DNA of 64,000 nucleotides from Albugo candida (taxonomy: Eukaryota): contig JBDOQK010000057.1 in assembly GCA_040437565.1 (NCBI GenBank), positions 124,001 through 188,000 of the forward strand, in the 5' to 3' direction. Position numbers and translations under genes: made by a program. The notes beneath the pieces were generated by a model. It worked only from the letters and a program-made list of their open reading frames with translations, searched no databases and was not told the origin of the DNA. Positions 1 through 14,496 of this stretch are shown here, piece after piece (position 1 is the stretch's first letter; each line of letters starts with the position of its first letter).

Positions 1-885
1 ACGTAAACCAATTATTCAGTGACATAAATGTACTCGAGGTAAGGGATCTCAGTGAAGTGACAATTTGTTTTGACATTGGTGTGACTTATAGCCAAGGACC
101 CGGGGTATCTGCTGGAGCAAACGTAGTACATTCGCGAAGTGCTTGCTGGACTATGTCAGGGGCAAGCTTATCCTGCACGTAAATCTATTGGTGAAGAACA
201 AGACGGAGAAAACGAGGGCAATTTGCTACCAGTTGACGGTGACGGTACATCAAGATGAACGACGGTGAAGATGTTTCGGTCGGTCATTGGAAGCCTACTG
301 TGGTTATCTAGATGCACGAGACCATTCATTGCATTCGCTGTGCCAGCCGGGGAGCGCATGCACCGAGAGATCGCGATTGATGGTGGGTAAATAGAATCGC
401 TCGTTATTTGGAGTGAACCGTCGACCTGAAGTTTGAATTGAACGGAACACTTGAAGCCACAATTCACAAGAAGTCGTCTGGAAGGCTACAGCGACGCCGA
501 TTACGCGGCAGACCACGCGTATATACAATCGGTTGGTGGAGGAGTTATATTTTATCCACAATGGAGGCCGATTTTGTAGCTGCATCGCAGGTGGTGAGTA
601 ATCAGCTAGGACAACGAATTGCTTGCTGAAATTGCTGTGCTCGTTTCTTAGCTGATACTGATGCATGTTGAGTATCAACCTGCGATAAAGCAAATACAAG
701 CGGAAGAAAAAGCAGGAAGAGCAAAACACATCGCAATACGTCTCAAGTTCATCATGATTACAGCAAGAAAAAGATAATCAAGGTGGTGTATTGCGAGTTA
801 GGCTTCATGTGAGTTGACCTCCTCACCGAAAAATTTGCTGCGCCAAGGTTTTCAGAGCTGTGCGAGATGATCTCGCTGGATTAAG
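1..885 (+). mobile_element. Ty1/copia LTR retrotransposon relic (end of RT plus RNase H), truncated by the window start
   Basis: Frameshifted translation gives RSVIGSLLWLSRCTRP (~277-324), EGYSDADYAAD (~481-513) and AKHIAIRLKFI (~721-753). These match the copia motifs GSLxYL..TRPD, GYxDAD and KHIDIRYHF. A possible LTR-like tract follows at ~935-1115. Confidence 0.88.
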
Positions 886-1414
886 GTCATTTCGGGATAG
901 AGTGTAAAAAAGACGCAACTGGTGAGATGAAGGGTTGCGACTGATGAGGTCGCGCAAAGATCATAAGGTCGGAATATATTAAGTTTCTCATTTACTTGAT
1001 ACTGAACTAGTGCTAGTAACTAACATTTCTTTTTCGTGGCGTTTAGTAGATGCAAAGCCGAACACATTTATCCTGTCACTGGAGCTCGAGTCGCTCAGAC
1101 AGCCGTCACTCTTCAATGTTCTGATTGACAGAAAAATACTTCTCTTAGCAAGCATTTTGCACCATCCAATCGTTTGAATTCGGAAATAAAGATCGCGTTC
1201 TGTGTACTAAAGTTGCCACCACACTGGAATCAAGATAGCATACTACAATTACGACAGTTCATTCAGGATGAGCAGTGGTCTTTCATATGGTACCAAAACA
1301 AGCAGTCAGAATACAAACCACGAATGATATTTATAAATTAGCGGTTCAACGACCTCGCGTCGAGGCCTTCCATTCAGGTGTGTCAACGAGTCAAGCCCAA
1401 ATAACGGATGCAGG

Positions 1415-1446
1415 CGCTCAGACGCTCAGACGCTCAGACGCTCACA
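1415..1446. repeat. Short tandem repeat, 8-bp unit (CGCTCAGA x3 plus CGCTCACA)
   Basis: Read directly from the sequence. Confidence 0.9.
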
Positions 1447-2289
1447 CCAGCTCTCAAAAAGCAAATTCTTATTTTACCAGCTGCTATATTCGAGGAGAAA
1501 AATCTTGTGGAATAATCAGGTTCTAACCCTCAAACTTGAACACGTCGAGAAACTTCAAAATAAACATTTTTGGCCGTCGTTGGTACACCTCGCGATCAAA
1601 ATGAGAATCTTATTTATCCCATCACTTGTGGCAAGCTCAGAATAGGATTTCACTAGCAGCATCACCGGACCTCAATTAAAATCGATCACGTCTTTATTTC
1701 ACTTTGTCGATGCAATATAGCGACTAATAGCAAAACTCTGTTCTAGTTATTTGCACAATTTTGTAGACGATTGTTTTACACTTTTCTTTTCTTTTGCTTG
1801 AGAAATAGCCCAACATTTTGTGCGTTAAGGCTGTGGACGCAAAAAGCAACTTTAGACACTGTTAATAAATATTTTCGGACGAAGATACCAGAGTTCATGA
1901 TATAGACCCTCAAACAACGCCACCACACGGAGATAGCAAAACTACTAGAGCTCACATTTTAAACAGTATGGATCGTTTCTTCAATGGCCAATGTTGGTTG
2001 TGATCTAGCAACTTTGAATTTGGCCAGATGATAAATATTACCACCATCTCGAATGAAGATTCCGTTTTAACGGCAGTCAAACGTTAGCCCAAAGCATTCA
2101 AGGAATTAGTTAGTTTATTGACGAAGCTCATTGTCATCTTCTTTATTGGATTCGTTTCGCTCCAACGATACGGATGGATTGACCTGATTCTTACTAAATT
2201 GACTTCGACAACGGCAGGATAAATCTTCTGTATTGGCTCTACTTCTTGTCACACTGATTGCATCAGTATTGACGTCAATCAGCGGGAAA

Positions 2290-3600
2290 GATGAAGATAT
2301 GAGAACCGGACTTGATCTTTGTTGCAGCAGATACGATTGACGCAGAGCTCATCTTTTTTGATTATTGCAATTGTGATCAGCAGCTGGATTTTTGGATATT
2401 AATGCTCCACCATCGGCGAGCTGCCGTTGATTGGGTCTTCTCGGTGCATTTCAACCCGGACTGTCATTTGTTTCATTGTGCGTACTTTTGATGGACATAT
2501 GTTCCTTTCTTTTAGGTGAGGAAAACGTAATTTGCGTATGATTTCTCTCTTGTTTCCACTGGCATACTGATCGATTCAACAAGAGCATTTTGAGCGTGAT
2601 TGAAAATATTGGAGAGACTTCGTCTCGACCCGCGCTCAATATCCTACTATCGTGCTGATTGAACGGCGGTCGTATTCCTTACGGGCTGTGTTATGCGGTC
2701 TATAAAATTATCGGGCCGGATTAGCTCCATTTGATCTCTTATCGAGAATGTACTTTCTTGGGTGCAGGATGCATGCTAACAAGCTTTCTGCTTCTCGCAT
2801 TCGGGTCCTTTTTTACTTGGAATCGCATTACCAGGGCTACAGTCGGAAATATTGGATCCTACCTGCCTTGCGATGGCTTCCTTCAATCACAGTCGAATAT
2901 ACCTCCCATCTTGGACACGCGGTACGAGACTTGCTGGTGTGGGTGGATACCTCTGTTTTTTTTTGAATGAGTCTAGGAGAAACCTTTATCACAACGCTCC
3001 TACTTGCTTGTATCTTACCTTTTTTGTACTTCGTGATCTTATTCGTGATACTCGATAAGTCCAAGCTCCCCATTCAGCCTGCAATATGTCGAGCTGCTGG
3101 AACCATTTACGAATCGGCGAGAGAAAGTAATGCCAAGCGGGCTCCAGTGCTTGTATATTTCTCACAATACATTATGTAACGCGGTATGTGATCTTCTAAC
3201 AGTTTTCCGATTCCCATTGCCCGAACGAAATTCTACTCGACTGCGGGGCTAGTGTTTCCATTTGGTGTTCTCCTTGCTCGATCAACGAGAGGATTCTGTC
3301 AAGCGTCAATGTCCATCCTATTCGTGTTTGCGTTCTCGTAAGTCCATTCGCTTGTATTCTTCGCATCCGTCGCTATTTGGTACAAGGGGTCCCTGCTTTG
3401 TTTTACCTTTATGATCGGCACTCTGGATGGAGGTGTCTATGTGAATGAATATACGCTTCTTTCCAGCCAAGACAACTCATATTGGATGGAATTCGCTTTG
3501 AGTGCGACGTCATTAGGGATTTCCTTAGACGTCATCCTTGCCAATTTCGTGGGCTTCTTTGTTAAAAAGTTCTGTTTGTTGTCAATGGACTTCATGGCCG
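2290..3600 (+). pseudogene. CLN3: CLN3/battenin (Btn1)-like membrane protein pseudogene
   Basis: Fragments in shifting frames: SWTRGTRLAGVGGY (~2908-2950; cf. WSSGTG.AG..G), FYSTAGLVFPFGVLLARST (cf. YQ.GVF.SRSS), MIGTLDGGVYVN (3411; cf. GLLGG..YVN) and EFALSATSLG..LDVILA (cf. REFA...S.....GI.LA). Multiple stops and frameshifts. The 5' boundary is approximate. Confidence 0.78.
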
Positions 3601-6600
3601 TAGTAGTTCCTCATAAATGTTATTCGCTGTTTAAAATTTCCGATTGGTCGTTCATAAGAAGCACTTTGATTACCGTCCACAAGCCCAAGAACTCAAGCCT
3701 AAATCGTAGTCGAGAAACACGATACATTCTGCAGATCAACGAGGATGATCTTGCCACTCTCACTAAAACAAGGAGAAGAGCTTATTCGCGCACTATCATC
3801 ATTCTCAGCGCCTAATTGAAACAAATGAGGTAGAGAGGACACTGTAATACAAAAAGCATGTCCCATTCCACATGCGAGTTTAAAATGTTTTTGCTTACCG
3901 GCAAAGAAAACATGCGGCATTTCATCGGTCATAATCACGAAAGCATATCTCAAGCTGTTGGAGTGATGTGGCTCCACAATAGAAAGCAATCCAGGCAATT
4001 GCGTGCATTGTTTTCGGTGAATCGATTCATGTTGGAGGTACCCGGATCTTATAGCCTGCTTCCCGAGCTTTGTCTAATGCTTTCTAAAGGTTGGTCATCA
4101 TGTCCCAGAAAGCAAATATTGCGTACTTCTGCGCGCTTCCTTCCTCGTGTCCGCTGACACAGCGGAAGATGGTCTCACATTCCACCAAGCCTTGATTGTG
4201 CATTACGAAGATATAACGTCTCAGTCTGATGGCAGTTCGAATAGCTTCCGTGTGTTCGTGTAATTTTGATTTTGAGGCGTTCATATCGACTGCATATTTT
4301 GACATGTAAGTTGAGGCAATATCAAAGCAATCGCTCTGGTCGTAGTTTCCATATCCAGGGGCACCATCACGAGTCAGTTAAAGTCGGAGAGCATCCACAA
4401 ATACCCGCCTATAGATTCCTTTTTTTACCTCCTGCAAGATTAATCACAATGAGAGGCGTTTTAGAATGATCTTGTAAGAATTTGAGATAAAGTATTGCTC
4501 AGCTGCTGACCAAGTCTCTTCTCTCGCTTTCGAAAGCCACGACTAAATCGATAAGCTCTCCAATCTGATTCAATACGAAGATACGTCCATACCTCCATCC
4601 ACACAAATAGAAACGATGAATGGATCGGTGCCGTATGCGGGTACAAAGGGCCATACCATAAACGCTCACGTATGGCTTTGACGCATTCTTGGTTAAAATG
4701 TTCGTTTGATGCAACCAGAAATAAAGTATCAATTCTTTGTCGCAATATGGAATCATCAGACCGTTTACTTCTTCCTGCAGGATTTTGTATCGATTCTATT
4801 GTCAGAAATCGTCAGAAGCGTTCGACTGGGACAGATATAAAAAATACTTCCCCAAAGATCGAAACGATAAAGCTTGTTGTCGATCTTGTTTCATACAAGA
4901 GCGTCATGGAATCCGTTAAAGATCCTAGAGAGTAAATATCAGTACGATGTATACGACATTAATGGAGCAAACTTGAGCGAACAGAGAATCAGATTTTACC
5001 TAAGTGAGCTTGATGACATACAAAGGCGTCTGCGAGTCACATGGGCGTCTAAAGGCATCTTGAATTATCGAATCAATACTTCTACAAGTCGTTGAAATTC
5101 TAGCGTTCGATCCATTGTATCATGGATGGACAACGCTGCACCTGATGGTTCATTGGCATGAATTCAATTTCCACACACGTTTACTGGTGAAAATGTGCAT
5201 TTGAAGGAAGAACGACCTTGCCTGTCGTGATACTTTCGAAAAGGGTATTATGTCGCATACTGTCCCGCTTTTGCGTAATTTGTGCATGCCTTCTTAGAGA
5301 CTCATTTAAACAGCATTGCTCAGCACACTGTGTCTTTTGTTCGAATGGATACGGTGCATCATCGTCCTCATTCGTGTGAAAGATCTGTAATCGATGCGAT
5401 CACGTTTTGAGTGCTGATAATTTTTACATCGTAAAGATATGGCAGCGTTTCAGGAATGGTACAAGTAATTAGAGCGACCTTAACGATGTTGCTGATCAAG
5501 CTTTTCATTCCACTTAAAAAGTGAATCGAAAACACAAGAAGATTCAGAAGAAGCAGGTCGAGATAGCTTTTTATTGGTCATGTATTGTTACTAGAACGAT
5601 ACAATCAAGAGAGGCTATAGTAAACCTGCTTTATTAGGAAACATTCTTATGATATGTGCTAATCACATGAGTATTGCACAAATGGCAGCAAACTGACCGC
5701 TATAAATCAGCATAAAAATCAATATCAAAGACTGTTTCTCGTATCATCGCATCGAGTGACGATAAGGCTCACTTTTTGCTGGATGCGTGATCCGTCATTT
5801 CGCACCATTCCCGCTTTCTAGCAGACTCTTTGCCCCAACTTCATCTTTATCTGCCACCACGAAAAGTGCCTTTTTTCAATTTTGATGTCAATCAATCTCA
5901 TTGCTGATGTCTTCACTAAGCGAGTGATAGATGAGCCAGGCGCTTTTCGAAATCTGCGCTGCGGTTGATCCTTTCGAAAGCCTAGCCTAGCATGTCTTTT
6001 TGACGTCAAAATTATCATGTCCGGAGTAATGCATGCCTTTGACTCAAAGATGTCTCCTTGAAATAAGGATTGTCGACTTTTTCTTTTTGACGATCTTCAC
6101 GCTCAAACTCGTCATCTTCGCAAGTTGAGGCATCGCTGCATTTTCCTTTTATGTAATTCTGAGCGATGTAACCGTCACTATCACCTTTGTCGTTATCTGC
6201 TGCTTGTTCTATCGTGTTTTGGTTCTTTGCGTGAGCAGATTTCTCAATTTCGATGTGCGGCTTCCTGAGTATCTACTGTACAGCAGCTATGCCTATTTAG
6301 AGAATTTAGAGTGGGTAGAGATACTAACGCTTTTTCCTGCTTTAATTTTCACAGTGTTTCCTAGGGAAACAGTTCAGCTATTGGCTCCACTTTGTTGTTC
6401 ATCCGAGGATCCATAAGTTATCAATGCATTTTTTTAAAAGCTTCAGCACGCAATACCTAGAGCTCGTATATGTATCCACATAACAAAATGGGAAATATAG
6501 TTTACTTCTTATCCAGATTCCTGTTCTGATATCTCCTTAGTCGAGTTCAAAAACGAGCACCAAATGGGGGCAACTGCTCAATTGAAAACCTGATCTGCAT

Positions 6601-6899
6601 ATTACACGCTATCGTTCTCTGGTGAACAAGATAACGCCATTGTGATAATTTTGAGCGATAAATTTTGTACTCTTTCGTTCTCTCAATTTTCGGTAATCAA
6701 ACTCCATCCCGTTCTTCGAGCTCTCATCAAATAACTTCATCAGTCTCAATGATAGCTATTACACTATAATGGGATAGAGGGTATACAAATGATTTAATAG
6801 CCAGAATACGCGAGAGAAATTACTTTCACTTGATAGAATAGAACAGTATTTTGCTCGCAATGATGAAGTGATACAGAGTCGTCATGTAGCTCAAAAGAT

Positions 6900-8360
6900 G
6901 AGCGAAGCCGTAGTGGATGTTTTTGATTAGTTTACAACGCGTCAGAGCAAATTAGTTGGAAAGGTCAAGAAAGTATATTTATCAGCAGACTATCAGTCAG
7001 AATTACTCCGAGACGGTTACACATCTTGCACAATGCGCTTGGATTATGCATGCGTTTAGGTGTGTACGTTCGATAGTTTGTACCATGGCTTTTCCGAGGT
7101 GTGATGTACTTGTCACCAAATGATTCTTTTTACTTTTTCCAAAACCATCGCAGTGTTGCCGGTGCTATCTCCCAGCGTGGTTCTAGACTCATCAAACGAA
7201 TGCACTACCATGATGTAGTCGAATAGAAGGTGCAGGATATTTTAGTTGGTCCTTGAGTTTTTGAATTCGATGAGACAGCAACCGTATTCAAGCAGCATAC
7301 GTAGCGTTCCCTTGTGATTTTTCACGAACTCGGTGCGGGGCGTTCACATTTGATTGGTCTGCTATCGCTTTCTCGATTGTGCATTATCTTCGTCGTCGTG
7401 TGGGATTTCGTGTCATGTTTGCGACACATTGACATTTTCTGGTTGGAGAATATTAGAGCTATCCATATGTTGCCTTGAGTCGTATTGCGTTTGTAAACGA
7501 CCCAAAGAAAGTACACAAAGTGGGTGTTCTGACAGACACGTTTGAAGCCGGAACGTTTTCGAGAATTAATGAAATCAACTTTGCCATTCTGACTCATTTA
7601 CCCGATCAAGTAATGCAGCACACTATTGCAAAGTCGCGGCAGTTCGATTCTTCTCTGCAAAATTACGCGAAGTGTGTGGCTTGAACTATTGAATTATTAC
7701 ACGCTCAAGTCGAATGGCTCACAGGCATATCGCATCTTCAAAATTCGTGTAATGCTATCCCACTCAAAAGAAGAAAGATAGTTGGCTTTAACAAAGAACT
7801 GAAAAAAACATGCACCAATTATCATCACACTGATTAAGAATTCTGATCGCCGTTTTATTCGGACGTGCAATTTAAGCGATGGCTTCACCGAATTGTAAGT
7901 GTGAAATGAAAATGCTTTGAGCGGATTTTTGACACTGAGAAGGAATGGATTCTGATCTCTACCAAAACGACTCGTTTTACTTTGGTGAATGGATTTCGTC
8001 GACTGATGCTGTATCGTTATGCTGGCGATCAGACTCATGTATTCGGGAGAATTTTTCAGCGGAAGAACACGATTACATTGCGTGTTTAGAAATTGAATTC
8101 GTACCGAAAGCTGCTGGCTTGTTTGCATCCGTGAAATGCATGTAACTCTTCGAGTGTTTCAGGCATCGTTTCTCGAGTATGGAGCCGTTCTCGCACTCAT
8201 TGAGATTCGATACATTCCTCATCAGTTGGTAACTTGACCGGCAGAAAAAGTCCAAGCGAATCGATTCTTAGGATGCCATAGAAGACTCGAAGAAAAAGCG
8301 CATCAACAAATGCACTACACTCGGAACGCACGGTCACAACAAGCGCACCTGCAAGAGCAT
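6900..8360 (+). mobile_element. Mutator (MULE) DNA transposon relic
   Basis: C-terminal zinc knuckle KKRINKCTTLGTHGHNKRTCKS (~8294-8358; cf. CxxCxxxGHNxRTC). Upstream fragments SAIAFSIV (~7358) and VGVLTD (~7519) fit MULE DDE-domain motifs. Heavily degenerate, with approximate boundaries. Confidence 0.65.
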
Positions 8361-9949
8361 ATATCTCCCTTGTTTCATTTCAGTACATTTTCTCTATATT
8401 TTTATGATTCCTCACCCGTGAATAATCCTTTGGTATAATTTTATATTTTGATTTTCGTAGAATGGGCGAAGTAATATGTTTTTATCCTTACCAGAATTTC
8501 GGTACACAAACTTGATTTAAGGTAGAAAGTCCACACGCGCTCTGAGTACAATTAGACACTATCAGAATTATACGCGACAGCACCATTTTAGGATGCAAGC
8601 CACCCGATTCACGAGAATCTGACATCTTATCTGAGGTATGTCTTTTCTTTGCTTAATTGAATCATTCCAATACCTACTATTTACTCCGTCAATCATCATC
8701 ATCTTGGACCTTCCAGTGAACCACTATCTCGCTGCAGGATAAGATCTGTTTGATCTGGAAGTTGCCGCATTTGCAGTTGGCTCATTTCGATAACGCTCTA
8801 GCTTAATCTACGAGAGACAGTGCTAGTAATAAATCTAATCTACAATCTGACTGATAAAACTTGATTTCATTCCATTATGATGAGACAACCTACTTAATTA
8901 TCAAGTCGCGTCGATTGTGTTCATCCAGACTCTAATGGAGGAATAGCCTATTCTTTGATTCCTCTTGATTCATTTTCCAGTATAAATCAGTATGCGCTTG
9001 CCGAAAAGCATCAGTCGAGGCTTCTCATCCTAAGATGTGCCATTTTGCCACGCATATCAACGCACATTTCATGCGGCCATTTGACTTTATCTCCCAGCTA
9101 AGTACTATTTCCGTGTCGTCTTTTTTATCGTTTACCCAATTGGGTCTTCTCCATTTACAAAACCGTGCCTACTTGCGATATAGAAGTTCTTTCTCCGCTT
9201 CTAAAACAGAGAAATCTTTCATTCTGTGCTTGTGCTTTTTAACTCTGAAGTTTTACCAAATGTCCAATTCTCAAGACTTGCATCTGATACTTTTGAATTA
9301 GTGATCCCAAGATTTAAAGCTGTAAGGTAAATGCTGATTTGCGTAATTTGCTTCTTCTTAAAAAAAATAGTATCAGGCAGTGAAACTTTTGTGCGATGTG
9401 TTCTTGACTTATAAATGGGCTTTGTATCCATCGCAAGAACAGGTCACGTGTATCGTACATATCCTTCCATAATAACCGGTACTGAGAGATTCTTCAATAA
9501 TACACATTTGATTTGCATTTATCGGAGTCATATAACCCCGAAGGCCGTCGGTAGTTGAAAAAGACTACTTCAGGAATAAACGTGATATCAGTCAGTTGAA
9601 GGTTTCTATATTACTAGAATTATACTAACTGACTTTTCTAGTTGCCTAGGCTATCTTAAATAACATATATACATATAAAAACGTGTCGAAAATATACCTT
9701 TGAGAGACGATAAGATGGCTTCAGGCTGAAAATCCTGTGCTTCAGTAGCCTCATCTACCTCAACACGAGACTGTGGCCAGCCTGTAAATGCTGTAGAGTC
9801 GTAAAGCTGAGAAGTTGTACAAATGATTCAAGAGTACCGTTGTTCGCAATTGGTGGGCACCACACTAAGCGGATCAATTCCATCCAACTAGGACGAGGAC
9901 CCGAGTTGCACTTGTATTTCCACTTGCCTGTGCCGTACCCGTAGCATTG

Positions 9950-12600
9950 CTCGTCGGCTTCTAAGAAATCCACCAAATGGTTCTTGCGTTGCGAGTTGAT
10001 CCAGCACCTTTGCAAGCCGAATGCTTTCCTCTTGGTCGTAACAATATCATCGATAGTACAGAACGTGCGCACCAAATGTGGTGTTAATTACGGAAAGGGC
10101 TGGCAATTTCGTAGTTGATTTCCGCTGATGGAACAAACGACGATTCCGATCAGTCCAGACGAATTGCAGTGTTATCGCTTGGGAAATGCAAGCCATAAAT
10201 CCGATATAATGTGCTGATAGTATTTCCAATCCGACACTACTGTTAGCACAATCAGACAAGCAATATGCGTCCAACGTGGTCGAGAGAAGAAGAACTTATC
10301 CCAATTATGGAGGAACCCTCCCCATAATTGTGCTGTGTGATCGCACTCTAGAAAGAGGTGTTGATAGGATATCACTGCGACACACGAAGACTGCGTACAC
10401 AATATAATGTGGGGCTAAATATCCTTTGAAAATCAGGAACGAGATCGAATTGGCAACATCCGAAAGGCCAGAAAAAACTTTTAAATCATCGAAATTCAGT
10501 AGGACACGTTTCTTAAGATGCGTTGATGTAGCCATAAATGTTCGAACTCGTTCCGAATCCTGTGCGTCCGCTCCCTCTTGTGATGACCAATGTATTAGCA
10601 TCGGATGGCTCTTGGTTGGTAAAAGAGGTTTCCAGACAGATGCTGTGGTGGAATAGATAAAAGTAATACGTCTTTTCCTTGATTTATATTCTCATATAAG
10701 ACGATTTGCGACATGTGTTTGGTTGGCTCCAAATGATGAGACCAATCGTCGAGTGAATACGCTACAGTATCTGAGTTACTTTATTCCAAAGTCGACTAAG
10801 CAAATTTACTCCAGTCATATCCGATGTATTTAGCTCTTCGTTTTTCGATAGTTGGCGACGAAATCATCCTTCGTTGTTGGCCATGTGTCGCTTTCTCGAA
10901 AATAGTGATGAAGATTGTGAATCTCGAAAATCGTAGCAAACCATTTTCGAAACGTCTCATTTGGCTCGTCCACCATGCAAAAATTGTACCAAACGGTTTG
11001 CGTGCTCGGGTTACGAGTAGCAGCTTCTTTGTTTAATGCTTGGCCGCAGTGAAACCACATTGGTTGTTCCATGAAATTCTGATGGCGTTGTAACACAATC
11101 AAATATGCAATCGAAATGCTCCAATCGATCCGTTTCCGAATTTGAAATGCGTGTTTTCACCAAAAAGATGTTCTCCCCTTTGAACCAATTGCCCCTGTCG
11201 CTGTGGTTAGATAATGAATGTATCTATCGGCTTTTGTGGTTCAGAAGAAGGTTGGATAAGTTGTAAGAATTCCGTCAACGCAGTTGTTCAATTCGCAGGC
11301 ATACCTGTCGACGTATCAGATGCGAGCTGCGGAAGGAATTGAGTACGGTTTAGCTTTAGTCGTCTCACCAAAAAAGGAATCTGTAGTCCACCATCTCGTA
11401 TGCGAAGATATAAAAATGCTTTGCTGAGTAGGTGGACGTGTTTCGGACCAAGCACAAATCTATTTAATATCTATTCTCGCTGTCGAATAATTTCCGGTAG
11501 TACGACCACTTGCGACGTGTAATGTCACAGACTTGATAAAGTCATCGTCGGCGCAACCAGTAGTCGTCCACGAACAGTCCGTGCCCGTCGAAACTATACA
11601 CTAAACCGATAATATAAAAGCTTGTCGAGAGTTCAAATAACCTTCGAATGAGTCGATGTCTGGCCGAACAGAAACCTCAAATACTTGACAGAATTGTTCG
11701 GACCCAGTATGGTCAAATTGGGAATACGTGGTCAGGGCATGGTCCGATTCAACGAGAGCAAGGATGATTTGATCAAGTAAAGTTTTGCACCAGATCCATC
11801 GCGATAGACTCATAACAGCTCGAGTTGCTTCTCAACACCATTTAGTGTCTTGCTGTAGTTTTTGCCACTGAGATGAATAGTAGTAGGGAGATAGAGAGAA
11901 TAGAAGTAGTCCGCAAAAAATAATCCAGTTGCAACAGCCGTGCCATGGATCCAAATTTATTGTTGTTCATGTTATCGGACGAAATCTCTGAAAGGTTCCA
12001 TCGTCATCAGGAAACGTAATGCTGAGAGATGAGCGCCTTGTTGGACTTCCCGTTGTGGACCAATAGACGGTGCGGTACTGCAGTAGTCACCAAATGTTCC
12101 TTCCTGTTGAACAGAAGACGGACTCAGTTGATAAAACGTTTATCAAAGCCCATCTGAAACAAATTCAGTGGCTTTTCATCCCATTCAAAGAATTGTATGA
12201 TGTGTCTGCTTCCGAAATAGACGTGTTCTGAGTATCAAATTCCGTGCTTCCTAAATCATGGCTCTGGTCGAGTTCGAGAATGCAGACTGTACATTTTTCG
12301 ACTCTCTGGAATCTATACTTAAGCACACATAGGTCTCCTTCGCTCAGAACACCAGGTCTATTTCTGCTGTATATGCAGAGACCTACAACGTCAATATTTT
12401 TTCAATTGTGTGGCGAAAGTAATTGCAGAAGGCTAAATTATGATGACGCCCGAAATCAGCAAGTTGAATATTCTGCGGACATCCGGCGATGGATGGAAGA
12501 AGAAATTTGCATCAAATTAGGTAAAAATTGATGTAGACAGTGCTATTGGACTGGATGAATAGCAAAAAAGACAATATAGGCGTATAAGTTCAGGTAGCCT
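9950..12600 (-). mobile_element. L1-type non-LTR retrotransposon (LINE) ORF2 relic, copy 1
   Basis: Minus strand reads MGFDKRFIN*VRLLF, PQREVQQGAHLSALRFLMTMEPF (~12062-11990; cf. RGVRQGDPLSPLLF...MEPL) and GLFFAD (~11920; YADD equivalent). The C-terminal region has CTQSSC..YQHLFLECDHTAQLW and VWTDRNRRLF (zf-RVT type). Confidence 0.85.
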
Positions 12601-13262
12601 ATATGCGAGCTATCCTTCTAGATTATGCAGGAATGAACTTCCAGAGAATCTGTAAATGTCGTTGTGGCTCGAGTAAATGACTCTAGAATTTGACATATCG
12701 TATATTCAATAGTTGGATTCTAGAATTGGATATTTCCGCAAGCACTGGTCGTAGAAGAGAAATAAGAGTACGACACAAGTATACATCATGCCAGTGATAT
12801 GCAAATCAACTCCCATCACGTTGAACGATGTTGCCTGCAGTCTGTTAAACTGATAAAGGTCATCAATCCTTTTTCATTGAGATCGATTTTAGGTCTTGGT
12901 ATCATACCCAATCGTTCGATAAAGATTCCTTTAATAGGTCAAACCAATGTCGTCATCGTTGTGTCATAGAAGAGTGAACAAGCGTATCATATACAGTCAT
13001 CTGGTTAGAATCAACGTGAAAAATAACCACAATATCTGGATGCTTTAGGATGACATATCACATCGAAATATGGGGTTGATCGGTCGACACCCTTACGTTC
13101 GTCACATGAAAAAACAAGACGAGAAGTGCCAAGTAATCAGCAGCCTCAAATTGCTCTACTTAGAGAACTCTTTCTAAGCTTTTGCACACAGCGTAAATTT
13201 GTTTTTGGCAGCACAGGCCTCTTTTGGAAGCCTCTATATCTCCTTCCCTGAATCATTACCGT

Positions 13263-14496
13263 TTAATTATAATTCTCTCGATTATTTTGGTGCCACTCCA
13301 GAGGATTCATTGCCATGAAGTGCTTTCTAATGTGCAGATGGAGCTTCACGTGATACTCAACTCTTGCGTGTATTCTCGGATTTTTGCATCTTTTGAACAT
13401 CCATTGATTTTGGGTTTCTTCTAGATATTTATGGCCCGGTTAAATACTGCAACGTCGATAGAGGCTCAATATACTTCTTGTTATTGTGAAACAGAAGTTC
13501 CCAACAGTGTTGGCAGTACTTCCTAAGGACTTACGGAGCACTCTTATACACTTAGCATTGCGGTTAGGAATGTATTGAGAGTAGACAAAAACCGACATAT
13601 CTCAGCGCAGAGAGAGATAAATCGATTTATGTAGCTTCCTTCATTCTATCCCATGTGGCTCTCCGCTTTGTCTATCTTTTACTTTGGGCTAGAACAGCCA
13701 AATTAAGCTTGGCCACATGTATGTGCTGTTTCCTATTTAGCCTCCAGCGCCTTGATTGCACGTTTCTCCCTTTTATGGTAAACATAGAACGAGACCTTAT
13801 TGATGTTTCATTCGTGCACAGGGCAATAGCACTTCTAGTTTTCTTCACTTGCCGTAACATAGGCTCAATTGCAGAACTTTCTCTCACTACACAGAATTTT
13901 GGATTTTCAACGCAAGCACAAAAATCTACTTTCAATTTGAGCATCAAAAGATTCTTTAAATCTTGTGAAAGTAAATCACGTATCTCTTCATTGTAGATCT
14001 CTACTTATGATTCAAAACTCGTAAGAGGTTTGTTTCGTTTAGGGAAAATTGCTCAGATATATGATGAAATTGAGATTGGAATAGCTTTTTCTCTTGAGAT
14101 TTGTCCGCGTATCGTTTCATCATGTGAGATTTGCAATCTTCAGTCCGAACGTACGCAAAATGGTCCCTTTGAAGGAGCTGACTAGTAGCATTTTGCCTTA
14201 TTCGCTTCTGGAACAATAGAAGCGTCAAATGTAAAGCATATGGTGGCTTACATGTAATTGTCTCAAGATTCTTCAGTGTGTTTTTTGAGGACGTTTACTT
14301 TGCCAAAACTGATGTAGGAGTGCCCATCTTGGAAATCTTAAGTTATAAGCACTCGAATTCGTAAACATACCCGAAAACACTCACTTCGACTAGACGTCAA
14401 CCCTTTCTGACGACAGTAAATTGAGTTGGAGAACGATCAGAAGATAAGAGAGCTGCAGATAGAAGCCACTTTCTAAGTATGGTGAAACATCGTCAT
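13263..14496 (-). pseudogene. Decayed secreted-protein gene, probable member of the pepsin-fold pseudo-protease family
   Basis: Signal-peptide-like start MTMFHHT*KVASICSSLIF*SFSNS. Fragments TITCKPPY (cf. IMICDPPL in the 43114 copy), LPTLL, and C-terminal QWMFKRC...KLHLHI (cf. WMVGAAF...LHVQM and HWVISATF...IHLQF). Many stops and frameshifts. Confidence 0.42.
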
